From: Gloeobacterales cyanobacterium
Lineage (GTDB): Bacteria > Cyanobacteriota > Cyanobacteriia > Gloeobacterales > PMM-0068
NCBI GenBank assembly: GCA_038245785.1
Contig: JBBRSB010000015.1
Span: 1 to 64,000 of the forward strand
Direction: 5' to 3'
DNA: 64,000 bases
Below, one piece after another: positions 33,210 through 44,505 of the stretch (within the stretch, counting starts at the first letter, position 1; each line of letters starts with the position of its first letter). The notes under the pieces were generated by a model. It had not been told where the DNA came from and ran no database searches. It worked only from the letters and a program-made list of their open reading frames with translations. Both the position numbers and the translations under genes were made by a program.

Positions 33210-33569
33210 TTATTCTTTCTGCTTTTCTTCAGCTAAAAATGATTTCATTCGCTCTTTAGCAAGATCAAGCTCCTTTTTGGGAGTCTTCTGCGTCTTCTTT
33301 TGAAAACTGTGCAGTAGAACAGATTGTTTGCCTGTGTAAGCAAAGTAGATCGTGCGATAAATGTTGGTATCGCGTTCAACTCGAATCTCATAAAGTTTGT
33401 CCTCAAGGGGAGCGACATAGGGTTTGCCTACGGCTGTTCCTTCTTTCTTGAGCAATTCAAAGATACGAGCAAATTTCGCTTGAACTTTTGGTTCTTGATC
33501 GCGGTACCATTCCAACACTGGAGAGTTTCCGTTTGGGAATTGATAAAACTCAACCTTCCACTCAGACAC
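33210..33569 (-). CDS. RelE/HigB (Gp49-like) toxin
   Basis: LYEIRV...YRTIYF...LLHSFQKKTQKTP. Confidence 0.92.
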   Translation of the reverse strand: MSEWKVEFYQFPNGNSPVLEWYRDQEPKVQAKFARIFELLKKEGTAVGKPYVAPLEDKLYEIRVERDTNIYRTIYFAYTGKQSVLLHSFQKKTQKTPKKELDLAKERMKSFLAEEKQKE

Positions 33570-33585
33570 TGGAACTCCCGAAGTC

Positions 33586-33605
33586 TGATAACATCAACGT
33601 TATCA
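33586..33605. promoter_or_regulatory. Probable autoregulatory operator of higBA
   Basis: TGATAAC-atcaac-GTTATCA perfect inverted repeat just upstream of the toxin start. Confidence 0.6.
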
Positions 33606-33659
33606 CAACTCCGTTATATTTGCCATGGTTTAATTAGTAAATACATCAAATTTTGTGAC

Positions 33660-33995
33660 TTAGCTTTGAAATAAAATCGGCTTGATTCGTCTCAAAACAT
33701 CTTGCAGTAATATTTCTGGACATTCACCCATAAACCTTGCTTCTCTAGCTCTAAAATCCAGTGATCGCGTTTGGTCAGTCATGATCACTCCCGTTACCGC
33801 CTCGCCCTCTGGAATCTTCACATAGAAAGGATTTTGACGCTGGGTATTGCTAATCGGGCAAACAAAAGCAAAGCCCACTTTTTGATTAAATCTGTCATAA
33901 CTTACCACCAGTGCCGGACGATTGCCCATTTGCTCATGTCCAGCCTGCGGGTCGAAGCTTATCCAGATGAAGTCCCCACGCTTTGGAAGATACAC
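33660..33995 (-). CDS. mazF: MazF/PemK toxin
   Basis: FDPQAGHEQMGNRPALVVS, DQTRSLDFRAR. Confidence 0.93.
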   Translation of the reverse strand: MYLPKRGDFIWISFDPQAGHEQMGNRPALVVSYDRFNQKVGFAFVCPISNTQRQNPFYVKIPEGEAVTGVIMTDQTRSLDFRAREARFMGECPEILLQDVLRRIKPILFQS

Positions 33996-34237
33996 TACCA
34001 GACCTCATCTCCCATCGGTTTGCCCCAATCGACTTCGGGTTCGGACGGTTCGGTGACTCCTGCTAGTAGTTCGTCTAAACTCAGTTCAGGCAAAGTCTGA
34101 ATCCTCTGTACAACAAGCTTCCCAGCTTCTACCGAGCATTCAACAGCATCATTCGGCTTTAGTTCCAATGCCTCAACAACATACTTTGGAATGCGAATCG
34201 CTAGAGAGTTGCCCCACTGACCGACCTGTGATTTCAT
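33995..34237 (-). CDS. mazE: MazE/AbrB antitoxin
   Basis: QWGNSLAIRIP...LDELL...DWGKPMGDEVW. Confidence 0.93.
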   Translation of the reverse strand: MKSQVGQWGNSLAIRIPKYVVEALELKPNDAVECSVEAGKLVVQRIQTLPELSLDELLAGVTEPSEPEVDWGKPMGDEVW

Positions 34238-34320
34238 AGCACTTCAAGCCTTAAATCCATCTTGGATATCTAAAGTATATCGTATTCTTTTTGCTATTTT
34301 TGGATACGGCTCAAAGTATT

Positions 34321-34383
34321 CCAGATTTCGATCTCCCAGGTTTTGGATTGCATCGATTGAAAGGGAGCTAGAGGGAGAACTGG
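34321..34383 (+). pseudogene. Fragment of HigB (plasmid-killer type) toxin
   Basis: PDFDLPGFGLHRLKGS* resembles the (L/M)PG.RLH.LKG motif. Confidence 0.5.
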
Positions 34384-34406
34384 TAGACCGCAAAGGAGGC
34401 TAATCA

Positions 34407-34630
34407 ATGGAAACAGAATATGACTTTAGCAAGGGGAAACGAGGTGCTATCGACCCCTTGGGTGCTGAGAAAACGCGCATTACCATTCGGCTGGATAATG
34501 AAGTGAGTAGGTTCATTTGACGGGGGTTGCAACTATAAAACCCTGATAAACGCAGCGTTGAAAGCCCATATCCAGCAGACCAACGAGCCCTTGGAAGCGA
34601 CTGGCGAGTATTGGGAGAGGAGTTGGGAAG
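34407..34630 (+). pseudogene. BrnA-family antitoxin pseudogene
   Basis: METEYDFSKGKRGAI...KTRITIRLD then a stop; continues GGCNYKTLINAAL...EPLE. Confidence 0.75.
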
Positions 34631-34674
34631 TCAGTTATAAGCAACCCACTACTCAGGCTCTTATTAGCGAAAAT

Positions 34675-35265
34675 CTAAGGAGTGAGGGCAGCCATCTCTA
34701 ACTGAATCAAAGCAAATCCCTGGGCCACCAAAGTATCTGATTCACAGGGCTTCAAATTGTGGGGCCAGATTAAAAACTTCGTATTGATATAGTCCCGGTC
34801 TTTTTTAGTGAGATTGACTTCACCAACACTGACAGAAGGACCCCGTAGCACTTGCGCTTGGGTCGCACGCACCCGGACGCATAGAGCACTAAAGCGTTCT
34901 TCGGGACGCTGGACAAAGACAAAAATCGCTACATCACAGGGATTGTAGTAGCTGCCAGTGCCACAGAGCAGTAGAGCTTCGCAGGATAAAACCGTTGCGT
35001 CATGACCAATTTGGGCAACGGGGAAGAGAATCGGTTCAATATCCTCCGGTTGCCAGTCCTTTACCGAGCGGTCTTCCACTGTCCCTCGCACCCAGGTTGC
35101 CAAACGCGGAATCACCGATTCGCTCAGCAAACGGTAGGACTCCCGTGGCCTTCCTAGCCAGCACAAAGTCTGTTCATAAAATTCTGCAAGGGCACTATCT
35201 GGAGGCATACGCACCGAAACGGATGATACTCTGTGCGAAGGCTGCATATTAATACTGCACTGCAC
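34675..35265 (-). CDS. Hypothetical protein
   Basis: Long ORF with no recognised motif; start uncertain. Confidence 0.55.
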   Translation of the reverse strand: MQCSINMQPSHRVSSVSVRMPPDSALAEFYEQTLCWLGRPRESYRLLSESVIPRLATWVRGTVEDRSVKDWQPEDIEPILFPVAQIGHDATVLSCEALLLCGTGSYYNPCDVAIFVFVQRPEERFSALCVRVRATQAQVLRGPSVSVGEVNLTKKDRDYINTKFLIWPHNLKPCESDTLVAQGFALIQLEMAALTP

Positions 35266-35304
35266 ATCGCGTAAAGTAACAGTAATAGAACCTAGCTAGC
35301 CTCC

Positions 35305-36111
35305 ATGAATCTTCGAGAATCTTCTCCGCTCCGAATCGGTATTTCTGTTTCTTTTTCCCATGCAGACTCAGAACGGGCTTTATTTCGCGGCAAAACCCTC
35401 CACTATGTGGAAGAGGAAATGGCTCTGGCGATTGCCCGCAGTGGAGCAATTCCCACCCCTTTGCTTGACCTCAAAAGTGATGAAGGGGCGCACTTAGTCT
35501 TACAAGACTTAGACGGGGTGATTTTCTCAGGGGGTGCCGATGTTTCTCCCCTCGCCTATGGCGAAGAGCCCCTCCACGAAGATTGGCACGGTGATTCCAT
35601 TCGTGATAGCTATGAATTTCGGCTCATTAATGCTGCAAGAACACGCGGCTTACCCATGCTCGGCATTTGTCGCGGAGCCCAAATCATCAACGTTGCCCTC
35701 GGCGGCAGTTTATATCAAGACATCAATACCCAACAGCCAGAAACGCTACAGCATCGCTGTGGAGAACGGTATGACCATTTGGTCCATCTGGTGCATCTGG
35801 TCCAGCCCTCTTGGCTAGAGGGACTCTACACTGCCCCTGAAATTTTGGTAAATACGGTCCACCATCAAGCCGTTAAAAACTTAGCTCCAGACCTCAAACC
35901 CACTGCCCAAGCTCCTGATGGCATTACCGAAGCCTATGAACGCATCAACGAAGAGGAGTGGATCGTTGGGATTCAGTGGCATCCCGAATGGCTCAATGGC
36001 ACCTGGGAAGATGGACGGGTAGAAGGAAGTATCGTCTTTGAAGAGTTCTATCAAGTGTGTGCCACCCGTCGCAAGCAGCGTTCTTTGCGTACGATAGAAG
36101 TAGCGAGCTAG
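35305..36111 (+). CDS. Gamma-glutamyl-GABA hydrolase family (peptidase C26, class I GATase)
   Basis: SGGADV, GICRGAQ, VNTVHHQ, QWHPE. Confidence 0.92.
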   Translation: MNLRESSPLRIGISVSFSHADSERALFRGKTLHYVEEEMALAIARSGAIPTPLLDLKSDEGAHLVLQDLDGVIFSGGADVSPLAYGEEPLHEDWHGDSIRDSYEFRLINAARTRGLPMLGICRGAQIINVALGGSLYQDINTQQPETLQHRCGERYDHLVHLVHLVQPSWLEGLYTAPEILVNTVHHQAVKNLAPDLKPTAQAPDGITEAYERINEEEWIVGIQWHPEWLNGTWEDGRVEGSIVFEEFYQVCATRRKQRSLRTIEVAS

Positions 36112-36121
36112 GCAAAGTCCT

Positions 36122-36517
36122 GTGCAATACACGGTTATCTACGATGGAAACTGCAACCTCTGTGTCACTTTGGTTCAGTTACTCGAAAAACTCGACCAAG
36201 GACAATTATTTCTCTACCTGCCCATGCAAGATAAAGCGGGCCTAGAGCAGTTTGGAATTACGCCAGAAGACTGTGAAATGGGCATGATTCTCTTGAAAGA
36301 AAACCAGCGCTGGCAAGGCAGTGAAGCGGCCGAAGAAATCGCCCGTCTACTGCCTATGGGAGCAATCTTTATTCAAGCCTACCGCGCCTTGCCTGGTATG
36401 AAACCGCTGGGCGATGGGGTGTATACCCAAGTTCGAGATAATCGCTATACGCTCTTTGGCAAACGTTCATCAACCTATCGATCGCCTTACCCCGTGTGCG
36501 TAGATTGCAAGGTCTAA
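36122..36517 (+). CDS. DCC-family thiol-disulfide oxidoreductase (DUF393)
   Basis: IYDGNCNLC, NRYTLFG. Confidence 0.9.
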   Translation: MQYTVIYDGNCNLCVTLVQLLEKLDQGQLFLYLPMQDKAGLEQFGITPEDCEMGMILLKENQRWQGSEAAEEIARLLPMGAIFIQAYRALPGMKPLGDGVYTQVRDNRYTLFGKRSSTYRSPYPVCVDCKV

Positions 36518-36620
36518 ACATCGTCGGTTGAATAAAACCCTGAGAGATCTCTCTGTTTATTGATCGTCTCTCCCCTTACGATTGAAGGCTAAAGGCATTA
36601 CCAAGGTTAGGGACAGTATC

Positions 36621-37313
36621 ATGCGTCTTCTGCTCTTTGATATTGACGGAACGCTTATTCGAGCGCGGGGTGTAGGCAAACGAGCCTACCTCCGAACCTG
36701 CAGCCAAGTATGCGGTTTACCAGAAGCCAATTTTTATCATGCCTCGTTAAACCTGGCAGGTAAGACGGACCCCTTAATCATTGAAGAAATGCTGGCAGTC
36801 GCTGAGGTGGCGGCTACGCCAGAGGTTATCGAAGAAATTTTAGATCGCTATCCACAGGCCTTACAGAAAGAACTCGCCGATAATCCGGACATCGTTCAGG
36901 CACTCCCCGGCATGCGGGAGTTGTTAGAAATTCTGGCCCCAGAAGTTAAACAAGGCAAAGCCGCCCTCGGCCTTGTGACAGGTAACGTCCGAGCCGGAGC
37001 GGAACTAAAGCTCGCTCCCGTCCAGATGAATTCTTTCTTCTCGGTGGGAGCCTATGGCTGTGATGCTCGTGACCGTAACCACTTGCCTGCTATTGCTGTG
37101 GGCCGAACAAAAAACCCAAAAATTACTCCAGAAGACGTAATCATCATTGGCGATACCCCTAGAGATATTGCTTGCGCCCGTTACTTTGGAGCCCGCGTGA
37201 TGGCAGTAGCTACGGGTAGCTACCCTGCTTCCGATTTGTCTAAATATGTCCCCGATTGGCTTGTAGAGGAAGTTATGCCCAAGAACATGGCCGAAACGCT
37301 CCTCGATGCATGA
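36621..37313 (+). CDS. HAD-family hydrolase
   Basis: LLLFDIDGTL, LVTGN, IIGDTPRD. Confidence 0.92.
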   Translation: MRLLLFDIDGTLIRARGVGKRAYLRTCSQVCGLPEANFYHASLNLAGKTDPLIIEEMLAVAEVAATPEVIEEILDRYPQALQKELADNPDIVQALPGMRELLEILAPEVKQGKAALGLVTGNVRAGAELKLAPVQMNSFFSVGAYGCDARDRNHLPAIAVGRTKNPKITPEDVIIIGDTPRDIACARYFGARVMAVATGSYPASDLSKYVPDWLVEEVMPKNMAETLLDA

Positions 37314-37336
37314 ACTCTTTTAGCGATTATTAGGTG

Positions 37337-37363
37337 TTAGCACTCACCATGGTTTAGTGCTAA
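37337..37363 (+). promoter_or_regulatory. CIRCE element (HrcA operator)
   Basis: TTAGCACTC-N9-TAGTGCTAA (one mismatch to consensus) upstream of groES. Confidence 0.93.
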
Positions 37364-37409
37364 TATTTTGCCTGTGCACCTTTGAATTTTGTGAATCAGG
37401 GAGAATGAT

Positions 37410-37721
37410 ATGGCAGCCATGGCCCTCAATGTAAGCACTCTTAAGCCTCTTGGCGACAGGGTTTTTCTTAAGCTGGTAGCCGCTGAAGATAAAACAGCCG
37501 GTGGAATTTTGTTGCCCGACAGTGCCAAAGAAAAGCCACAAACGGGAGAAATCGTCGCCATCGGTCCAGGCAAGCGCAAGGATGATGGTTCCTATGCCAC
37601 GGTTGATGTTACCGTCGGCGACAAAGTTTTGTATTCCAAGTACGCCGGAACGGAAGTGAAACTGGGCACCGAAGACTACATTTTGATTGCTGAAAAAGAC
37701 ATTCTGGCAATTCTTGCCTAA
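37410..37721 (+). CDS. groES: Co-chaperonin GroES
   Basis: [23 protein letters not shown]. Confidence 0.98.
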   Translation: MAAMALNVSTLKPLGDRVFLKLVAAEDKTAGGILLPDSAKEKPQTGEIVAIGPGKRKDDGSYATVDVTVGDKVLYSKYAGTEVKLGTEDYILIAEKDILAILA

Positions 37722-37740
37722 ATAAAATTACGACTCGTAG

Positions 37741-39384
<1,644 letters not shown>

Positions 39385-39391
39385 GCCACAT

Positions 39392-39574
39392 GCTTGACCC
39401 CTTGTATGTTGAGAGTGAGCGGTAAACTGACGACCCCTAGATACTGGCTACCGTGACTGAGCCTAGGTTGCCGCTTACTCCCTCTAGCACCCGTACAGTC
39501 GCTTAGAGAGTGGTGGAAGATGGCTGAGCTGGCCGAAGAGGGGATTTAAGGGTTCAAGCCCTTGACTCTCAACA
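39392..39574 (+). ncRNA. Structured non-coding element resembling an IS110-family left-end/bridge RNA, orphan (no recombinase)
   Basis: Pairings 39392-39403/39548-39559, 39413-39425/39468-39480, 39481-39485/39537-39541, 39496-39504/39517-39526 and 39407-39416/39565-39574; two hairpins, each with a symmetric internal loop. Confidence 0.55.
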
Positions 39575-39657
39575 CACTGTTTCACCAATGTGAAGTGACC
39601 TATGGCTTTGGCAGCGTCTGTAGCTAAATCCCATCCATCCTTCTCCTTCCAGAAGAG

Positions 39658-39707
39658 GCTCCCTTCGACTCCGCTCAGGGAGCTCCCTGAGCGGAGTCGA
39701 AGGGAGC
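39658..39707. repeat. Perfect 50-bp REP-like palindrome (TTCGACTCCGCTCAG family)
   Basis: GCTCCCTTCGACTCCGCTCAGGGAG|CTCCCTGAGCGGAGTCGAAGGGAGC. Confidence 0.93.
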
Positions 39708-39730
39708 TGTCCCATAGGGACTCAGGGGTT
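39702..39730. repeat. Dispersed short repeat (copy 2 of 276-304), overlapping the methyltransferase stop
   Basis: 27/29 identity to 276-304. Confidence 0.8.
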
Positions 39731-40522
39731 GGGTAGGGAGGCGAAACTAGCCTCTACTTCTAATCGAATCATCTTGACGTGACTTTGACCTAAAGCATCC
39801 AAAGGGTGAACCGATAAGTAGTCCTGTACAACATCAGAAATAAAGGCTTCACGCAATTCCTCAGGAATGCAATCGGTGTAAGGCATCCAGGTAGTGCGTA
39901 GCCAACCAGCCAAGCCCTCAGCTCCTTGGTGCGTCATATCTTTCTCGACCAGTTCCAATCGTTGGGGGCTTAATCCTGCTTCCTTTAGCCAGTGAGCGTA
40001 CTGGGCATCGGAATAAAAGAAATAGGGAAACACAAACGTGGTGAAGTAAGGCCCCCAGCGCGGTCCTTGAATGAGCCTATCTATGGCAGCAAGAATTCCT
40101 GCGGCATTGCCTGCACCGCCACAGGAAAGAATCAGCTTGCCCTGGGGAGATAAAAGGCGTGAGCAGCCAGCTAGAAAAGCTTGATGGTCATCCACCCAAT
40201 GGAGCGTAGCGTTAGAAAAGATAACGTCAAATTGATAGTCTGCTTCAAGCTTCTGAGCATCCATTTGCAAGAATTGAAGGTTGGCATATTGGGAAGTTGG
40301 ATAATGTCTTTGTGCGTAGTCTATAAACTCCACGCTGCTATCGACGCCAAGCACCAAGCCATCGGGAACCGCTGCTGCAAATTCTGCGGTAATCTTTCCA
40401 TCGCCGCAACCCACATCCAGTAGTGTTTCATGACCTTGGAGATGGAGTTTGGCAATTAATTCTTTTGCCCAGACAAGCTGAGCGCCAGAGTTCTTAGCGT
40501 AATCTTCAGGGTTCCATTTCAT
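39722..40522 (-). CDS. Class I SAM methyltransferase (Tam-like)
   Basis: LLDVGCGDG, FDVIFSNATLHWV. Confidence 0.9.
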   Translation of the reverse strand: MKWNPEDYAKNSGAQLVWAKELIAKLHLQGHETLLDVGCGDGKITAEFAAAVPDGLVLGVDSSVEFIDYAQRHYPTSQYANLQFLQMDAQKLEADYQFDVIFSNATLHWVDDHQAFLAGCSRLLSPQGKLILSCGGAGNAAGILAAIDRLIQGPRWGPYFTTFVFPYFFYSDAQYAHWLKEAGLSPQRLELVEKDMTHQGAEGLAGWLRTTWMPYTDCIPEELREAFISDVVQDYLSVHPLDALGQSHVKMIRLEVEASFASLPNP

Positions 40523-42159
40523 GAGATGTAAGAATTGGTGGGTTCAGCATGAGCCTGGCTAGCCTCAGCAAGCCGCATAACTATATTTGACGCCAATCTA
40601 CCCGTTTGGGCAGCACCATCCATGAATCCGTAAAACTTATCGCTAAGTTGTTCTCCAGCAAAAACCAGATTGCCAACACTGACCTCCTGTTTCTTATTTG
40701 GATCGTCTGATTCGACATAAAGAAACTTCTTAAACGTCGTGTACTGTCCAGGACTAAACGTAGAGTAAGCCCCTTTACTGAAGGGATTGTTAGTCCACTG
40801 GGTTCGGAAGAATTGACCGTTAACGGCAGCCACAGCACCGGGAATGATTTGCTCCAATAAACCCACAAATCGCTGTCCTTGAGCTTGTGTGCTCCTTCCT
40901 TGAATAGTGGAGACTTGTTTACCACCAAAAAAGAAGGTAAATTCACCATCAGGTCTGTCTGCTTGGCGCTGAGAACCATCCCAACCTTGAGCAAATCCTA
41001 AATCGGCTGATATGGTCTTTACAAAACCATTGCTTTGACGCCAGACCTTTTGATTAAATCCAGCCAAGATTTTCTCATTCATACCCAGTTTGCTTTCCTG
41101 GATAAACCGCAGCAAAGTATTGGGAAGCTTAACTTCGATATCAACCTTTCGGAGCGTAGTGAAGGGAATCGCGAGAACGACATAATCTGCATTAACGGAT
41201 TCACCCGTCGCAAAGGTTAATCTAAACCCTTTGCCTTAAGATTTGATCGCTGTTAGAGATTTTTTAAGCAGAACCTGTCCAGCTAGAGCAGTGGTTAGAC
41301 CATCAACAATTTTACTAACACTGTCCTTAACAACAAAAACTTCATCGCTATAACTTGCTATGTCAACCTCAGTTCTATTCACCGTTGGCAGGGCAAAGAG
41401 CAGCTGTAATGCGGTCGATTGTTTCGCCTCAACCCCATACTCCGTGCGAATCACGCCCACAATCAGTTCACGAATAAAGGGCTCAGGAATCTTATCTTCA
41501 TTGGAGTTCAAATAATCTTCCACAGAGGACTGATCAAAGATGGGTCCATAGCGATCGAAATCCTGATCCAGAAGGGCTGCATCTTTAGCAGTTTGCCCAG
41601 CAAGCGGGCGGAGCTTCTCTGCAATTTCAGCTTCGGAACGTATTCTATTGTTAAAGTAAAAACCCGTTGGTGGAAATGAAAATTTCGCTGCATCTTCTAC
41701 CCGATTGAAGAGGGGCAAGCCAAAGTCATTGGCTAGAGCAATCATGTCAGCGTGATCCGTATTGAGCAGGTGTCCTCCCATATCTGATATCAGTCCAGTT
41801 CCAACTGCTCCTGTAACAGACTGAGCACGCCCCCCTAAACGATTATTCGCTTCGTAGACCGTAGATATATATCCCTGTTTCTTGAGTTGATAGGCCGCAT
41901 TTAACCCAGCCAGACCACCCCCGATTACGGCAATTTTTGAGTTCCCCTGTGGCTTCGGTTTACTGAAAACGGGTTTAGCGTGGGATACCGATACTAAAGC
42001 TGCTCCTCCAGCTAAAGCAGCAGATTTCACAAAATGACGGCGTGTCCACTGAAATTCGGCTTTAGTCAGCGGTAAAGGATTACCTTCATCTTTACGATTT
42101 TCTCGCCGTGCCTGTTGGAGCATTCGGACAAGGTATTGAAATAAAGGGGAATGTGCCAC
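40519..42159 (-). pseudogene. Tat-signal flavin monoamine oxidase split by an in-frame TAA (41236-41238)
   Basis: RRHFVK Tat motif, GGGLAGL, GGRA; the frame continues KS*GKGFRLTF...ADYVVLAIPF into the 40519-41115 ORF ending FAGEQ..GFMDGAAQTG. Confidence 0.85.
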
Positions 42160-42259
42160 GAGAAACCCTCATCAAGATAAACAAAGCTTCAGCGCTGCCA
42201 AGGTCGGGCCAAAACTTTAGGTGAGTATATTCAGTTTTCGTGGAATTAGGCAAAATTCG

Positions 42260-44242
42260 TCAAAAGTCGATGTCATCATCATCGTCGTCAGCCGCTTCCA
42301 CAGGGACGATCAGGGGCGGATCGGTCTTGCCTGGTATGTCATTATCGGATTCCGACACAATCTGACCTGCAAAAAAGTCAGCCAAGGAATGGGAGGCTTG
42401 GTCCAATTCCCCCATCTCATGGAGTGCAACTTTACGCGGACGTTCTACGGGGGCAGCCACTGCAGCAGGTCTTGATGAACCATTGGTGGGAGGTAGCGCC
42501 TCTTCCCGTTTGGGTGGGGCCGTCATTTCCTCGTCTTCTTTCGGCAGAATAGAAGCCCGTGAGGGGAGGTCTCTCGTGGTCGTTGGGGCAGAAGCGGTGG
42601 ATGCAGCGGCGTGAAAGGCCTGAGCGGGTGAAGATACCGCCACTTCAGGGAGCCTTTCTTCTGGAGGGAGGTCTGTTTCTTTGCTTAGAACAAAAGTCAC
42701 TTCCATCGGGATATAGCCCAAGGTTCCTAGGAATGCTTTGTCGAGTCTCTTTTTAGCCAGAAAAGACTTGAACTGTCTGATTAAGTTGAGGCTGGAAATT
42801 CCAAAAACTACTTTGTGCGGTGCTTCGGATACGGGTTTGATGTGCTCCGTGAAAAAGGGACGGCACTGAATGTCTAAAAGGCTGGAAAATTTATCCCAGT
42901 CACGGGCCAGGGTGCTGGAGCCAGCAACGGCAGGAGTTCTTGCGGGCACGTTCGCGGGAACTGACTTAGGGGGGAGCGGACGAGATTCTGACGCTGTATT
43001 TCTAGAGGCTGGAACAGCAGGGTATGCTTTGGCAGGTTCTTCAAAAGGAGGGGTCTCCGCCGTAGATTTAACGACGGTTGGGACACTGGGGACAGAACGA
43101 GTGGGTTCTGGAGGTCTAGGCGGTGCGCTTCTCGGGGGCAAGTCAAGGGCTTTGCTTTCCGGCTCTTGCAGGAGTCCGAGCAGGGTTACCTCTAGCCATA
43201 ACCTGGGCTGGGTCGTGTTCTTGACTAAAGGCTCTGAAGCTTTCAGGCGTTCTTGAACCGCAAGAATTTGGGACAAGCTAATGTTCTTTGCCCGTTCTAA
43301 AAGGGCCGTCCAGGTGGCAGCGGTCACCGAGACTAAATCTCGACGGCCAGGAGACTGTTGGGCAATCATCAGATCTCGACAGAAAGCGGTCAAGTCTTGG
43401 ATCACCTGGATTGGCTCTTTGCCCGTATCCATCAGCCGCCGGGTTTGGGTGAGAACCTGGATGCTGTCTCCTGCGTTCAAGCTATCCCAGAGGGTGAGCA
43501 AATCCCGTTCTGGGACCGCCCCTACCAAATTCCAAATTGCTTCGACGCCGATTTCTCCTTCTAAAAGGCTGAGTTGGTCGAGCAAACTCTCGGCATCCCG
43601 AAGTCCGCCCTGGGAAATTTGAGCGACCAGTTCTAGCGCTTCTGGGGTGATCGAAATCCCTTCGACCGCAGCAATGTGGGTCAAGTGAGCAACCATCGCT
43701 TCTAGGGGAATGCGGCGGAAGTCGAAACGCTGACAGCGGGAAATAATCGTCGGCAAAACCCGCTGAGCATCTGTAGTTGCCAGGATAAAGACCACCCGAT
43801 TGGGAGGTTCTTCTAAAGTTTTGAGCAAGGCATTGAAGGCTGCATTGCTTAGCATGTGTACTTCGTCGATGATATACACCTTGAAGCGCGCCTGGACTGG
43901 AGCAAACTGTGCCCGTTCAATCAATTCCCGGATATTGTCTACGCCCGTGTTGCTGGCCGCATCAATTTCAATAATGTCTAGGGCAGAACCGCGCGTGATG
44001 CTGGTACAGAGTTCACAGACCCCACAGGGCGTCGGCGTCGGTCCTTGGGTACAGTTCAAGGACTTGGCCATAATTCTGGCGGTGGAAGTTTTACCCGTGC
44101 CTCTAGAACCCGTAAATAGATAGGCATGGGCTGTCCGGTCTGAGCGGATAGCACTGCTTAGGGTCCGGACAATCGCTTCTTGCCCAACAATTTCCAGGAA
44201 GGTTTGAGGACGGTACTTGTGATAGAGAGGCTCGTAGGTCAT
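42260..44242 (-). CDS. dnaX: DNA polymerase III subunit gamma/tau
   Basis: YHKYRPQTF, GSRGTGKT, DEVHML, SRCQRFDF; Pro-rich linker; ATG 44242 preferred. Confidence 0.97.
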   Translation of the reverse strand: MTYEPLYHKYRPQTFLEIVGQEAIVRTLSSAIRSDRTAHAYLFTGSRGTGKTSTARIMAKSLNCTQGPTPTPCGVCELCTSITRGSALDIIEIDAASNTGVDNIRELIERAQFAPVQARFKVYIIDEVHMLSNAAFNALLKTLEEPPNRVVFILATTDAQRVLPTIISRCQRFDFRRIPLEAMVAHLTHIAAVEGISITPEALELVAQISQGGLRDAESLLDQLSLLEGEIGVEAIWNLVGAVPERDLLTLWDSLNAGDSIQVLTQTRRLMDTGKEPIQVIQDLTAFCRDLMIAQQSPGRRDLVSVTAATWTALLERAKNISLSQILAVQERLKASEPLVKNTTQPRLWLEVTLLGLLQEPESKALDLPPRSAPPRPPEPTRSVPSVPTVVKSTAETPPFEEPAKAYPAVPASRNTASESRPLPPKSVPANVPARTPAVAGSSTLARDWDKFSSLLDIQCRPFFTEHIKPVSEAPHKVVFGISSLNLIRQFKSFLAKKRLDKAFLGTLGYIPMEVTFVLSKETDLPPEERLPEVAVSSPAQAFHAAASTASAPTTTRDLPSRASILPKEDEEMTAPPKREEALPPTNGSSRPAAVAAPVERPRKVALHEMGELDQASHSLADFFAGQIVSESDNDIPGKTDPPLIVPVEAADDDDDDIDF

Positions 44243-44505
44243 ATCAAGACTATCTTCCCCTAACCATCGCTTCAAAAACGGGAAGGGCAAAAGAAATTTT
44301 TCCGAATGGAGAGAACGGTCAGTTCGTGATTTTAGGTCCTCCAGCGCCCGGAATGATCGGCAGAAATCCTCTTTCTTCGAGCGTTTAATGATTCTCTAAG
44401 GAAAAGGGTGGCTGGATTTGTTAGGATGTGCAAATCTAATCCAGCAGTGAGGTCATTTCTTGTCCTTGTTCGCTTGGTTTAGTTGCTTTAATTAAAGAGA
44501 CGAAA

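Noticed and set aside
39392..39574. 6S RNA, SRP RNA, RNase P RNA, tmRNA or riboswitch as the identity of the structured element
   Set aside because: The fold is two side-by-side hairpins rather than the single rod with a central bubble of 6S. Hallmark motifs (GAGGAAAGUCC, the SRP GGAA loop, tRNA-like ends, B12 box) were not seen.
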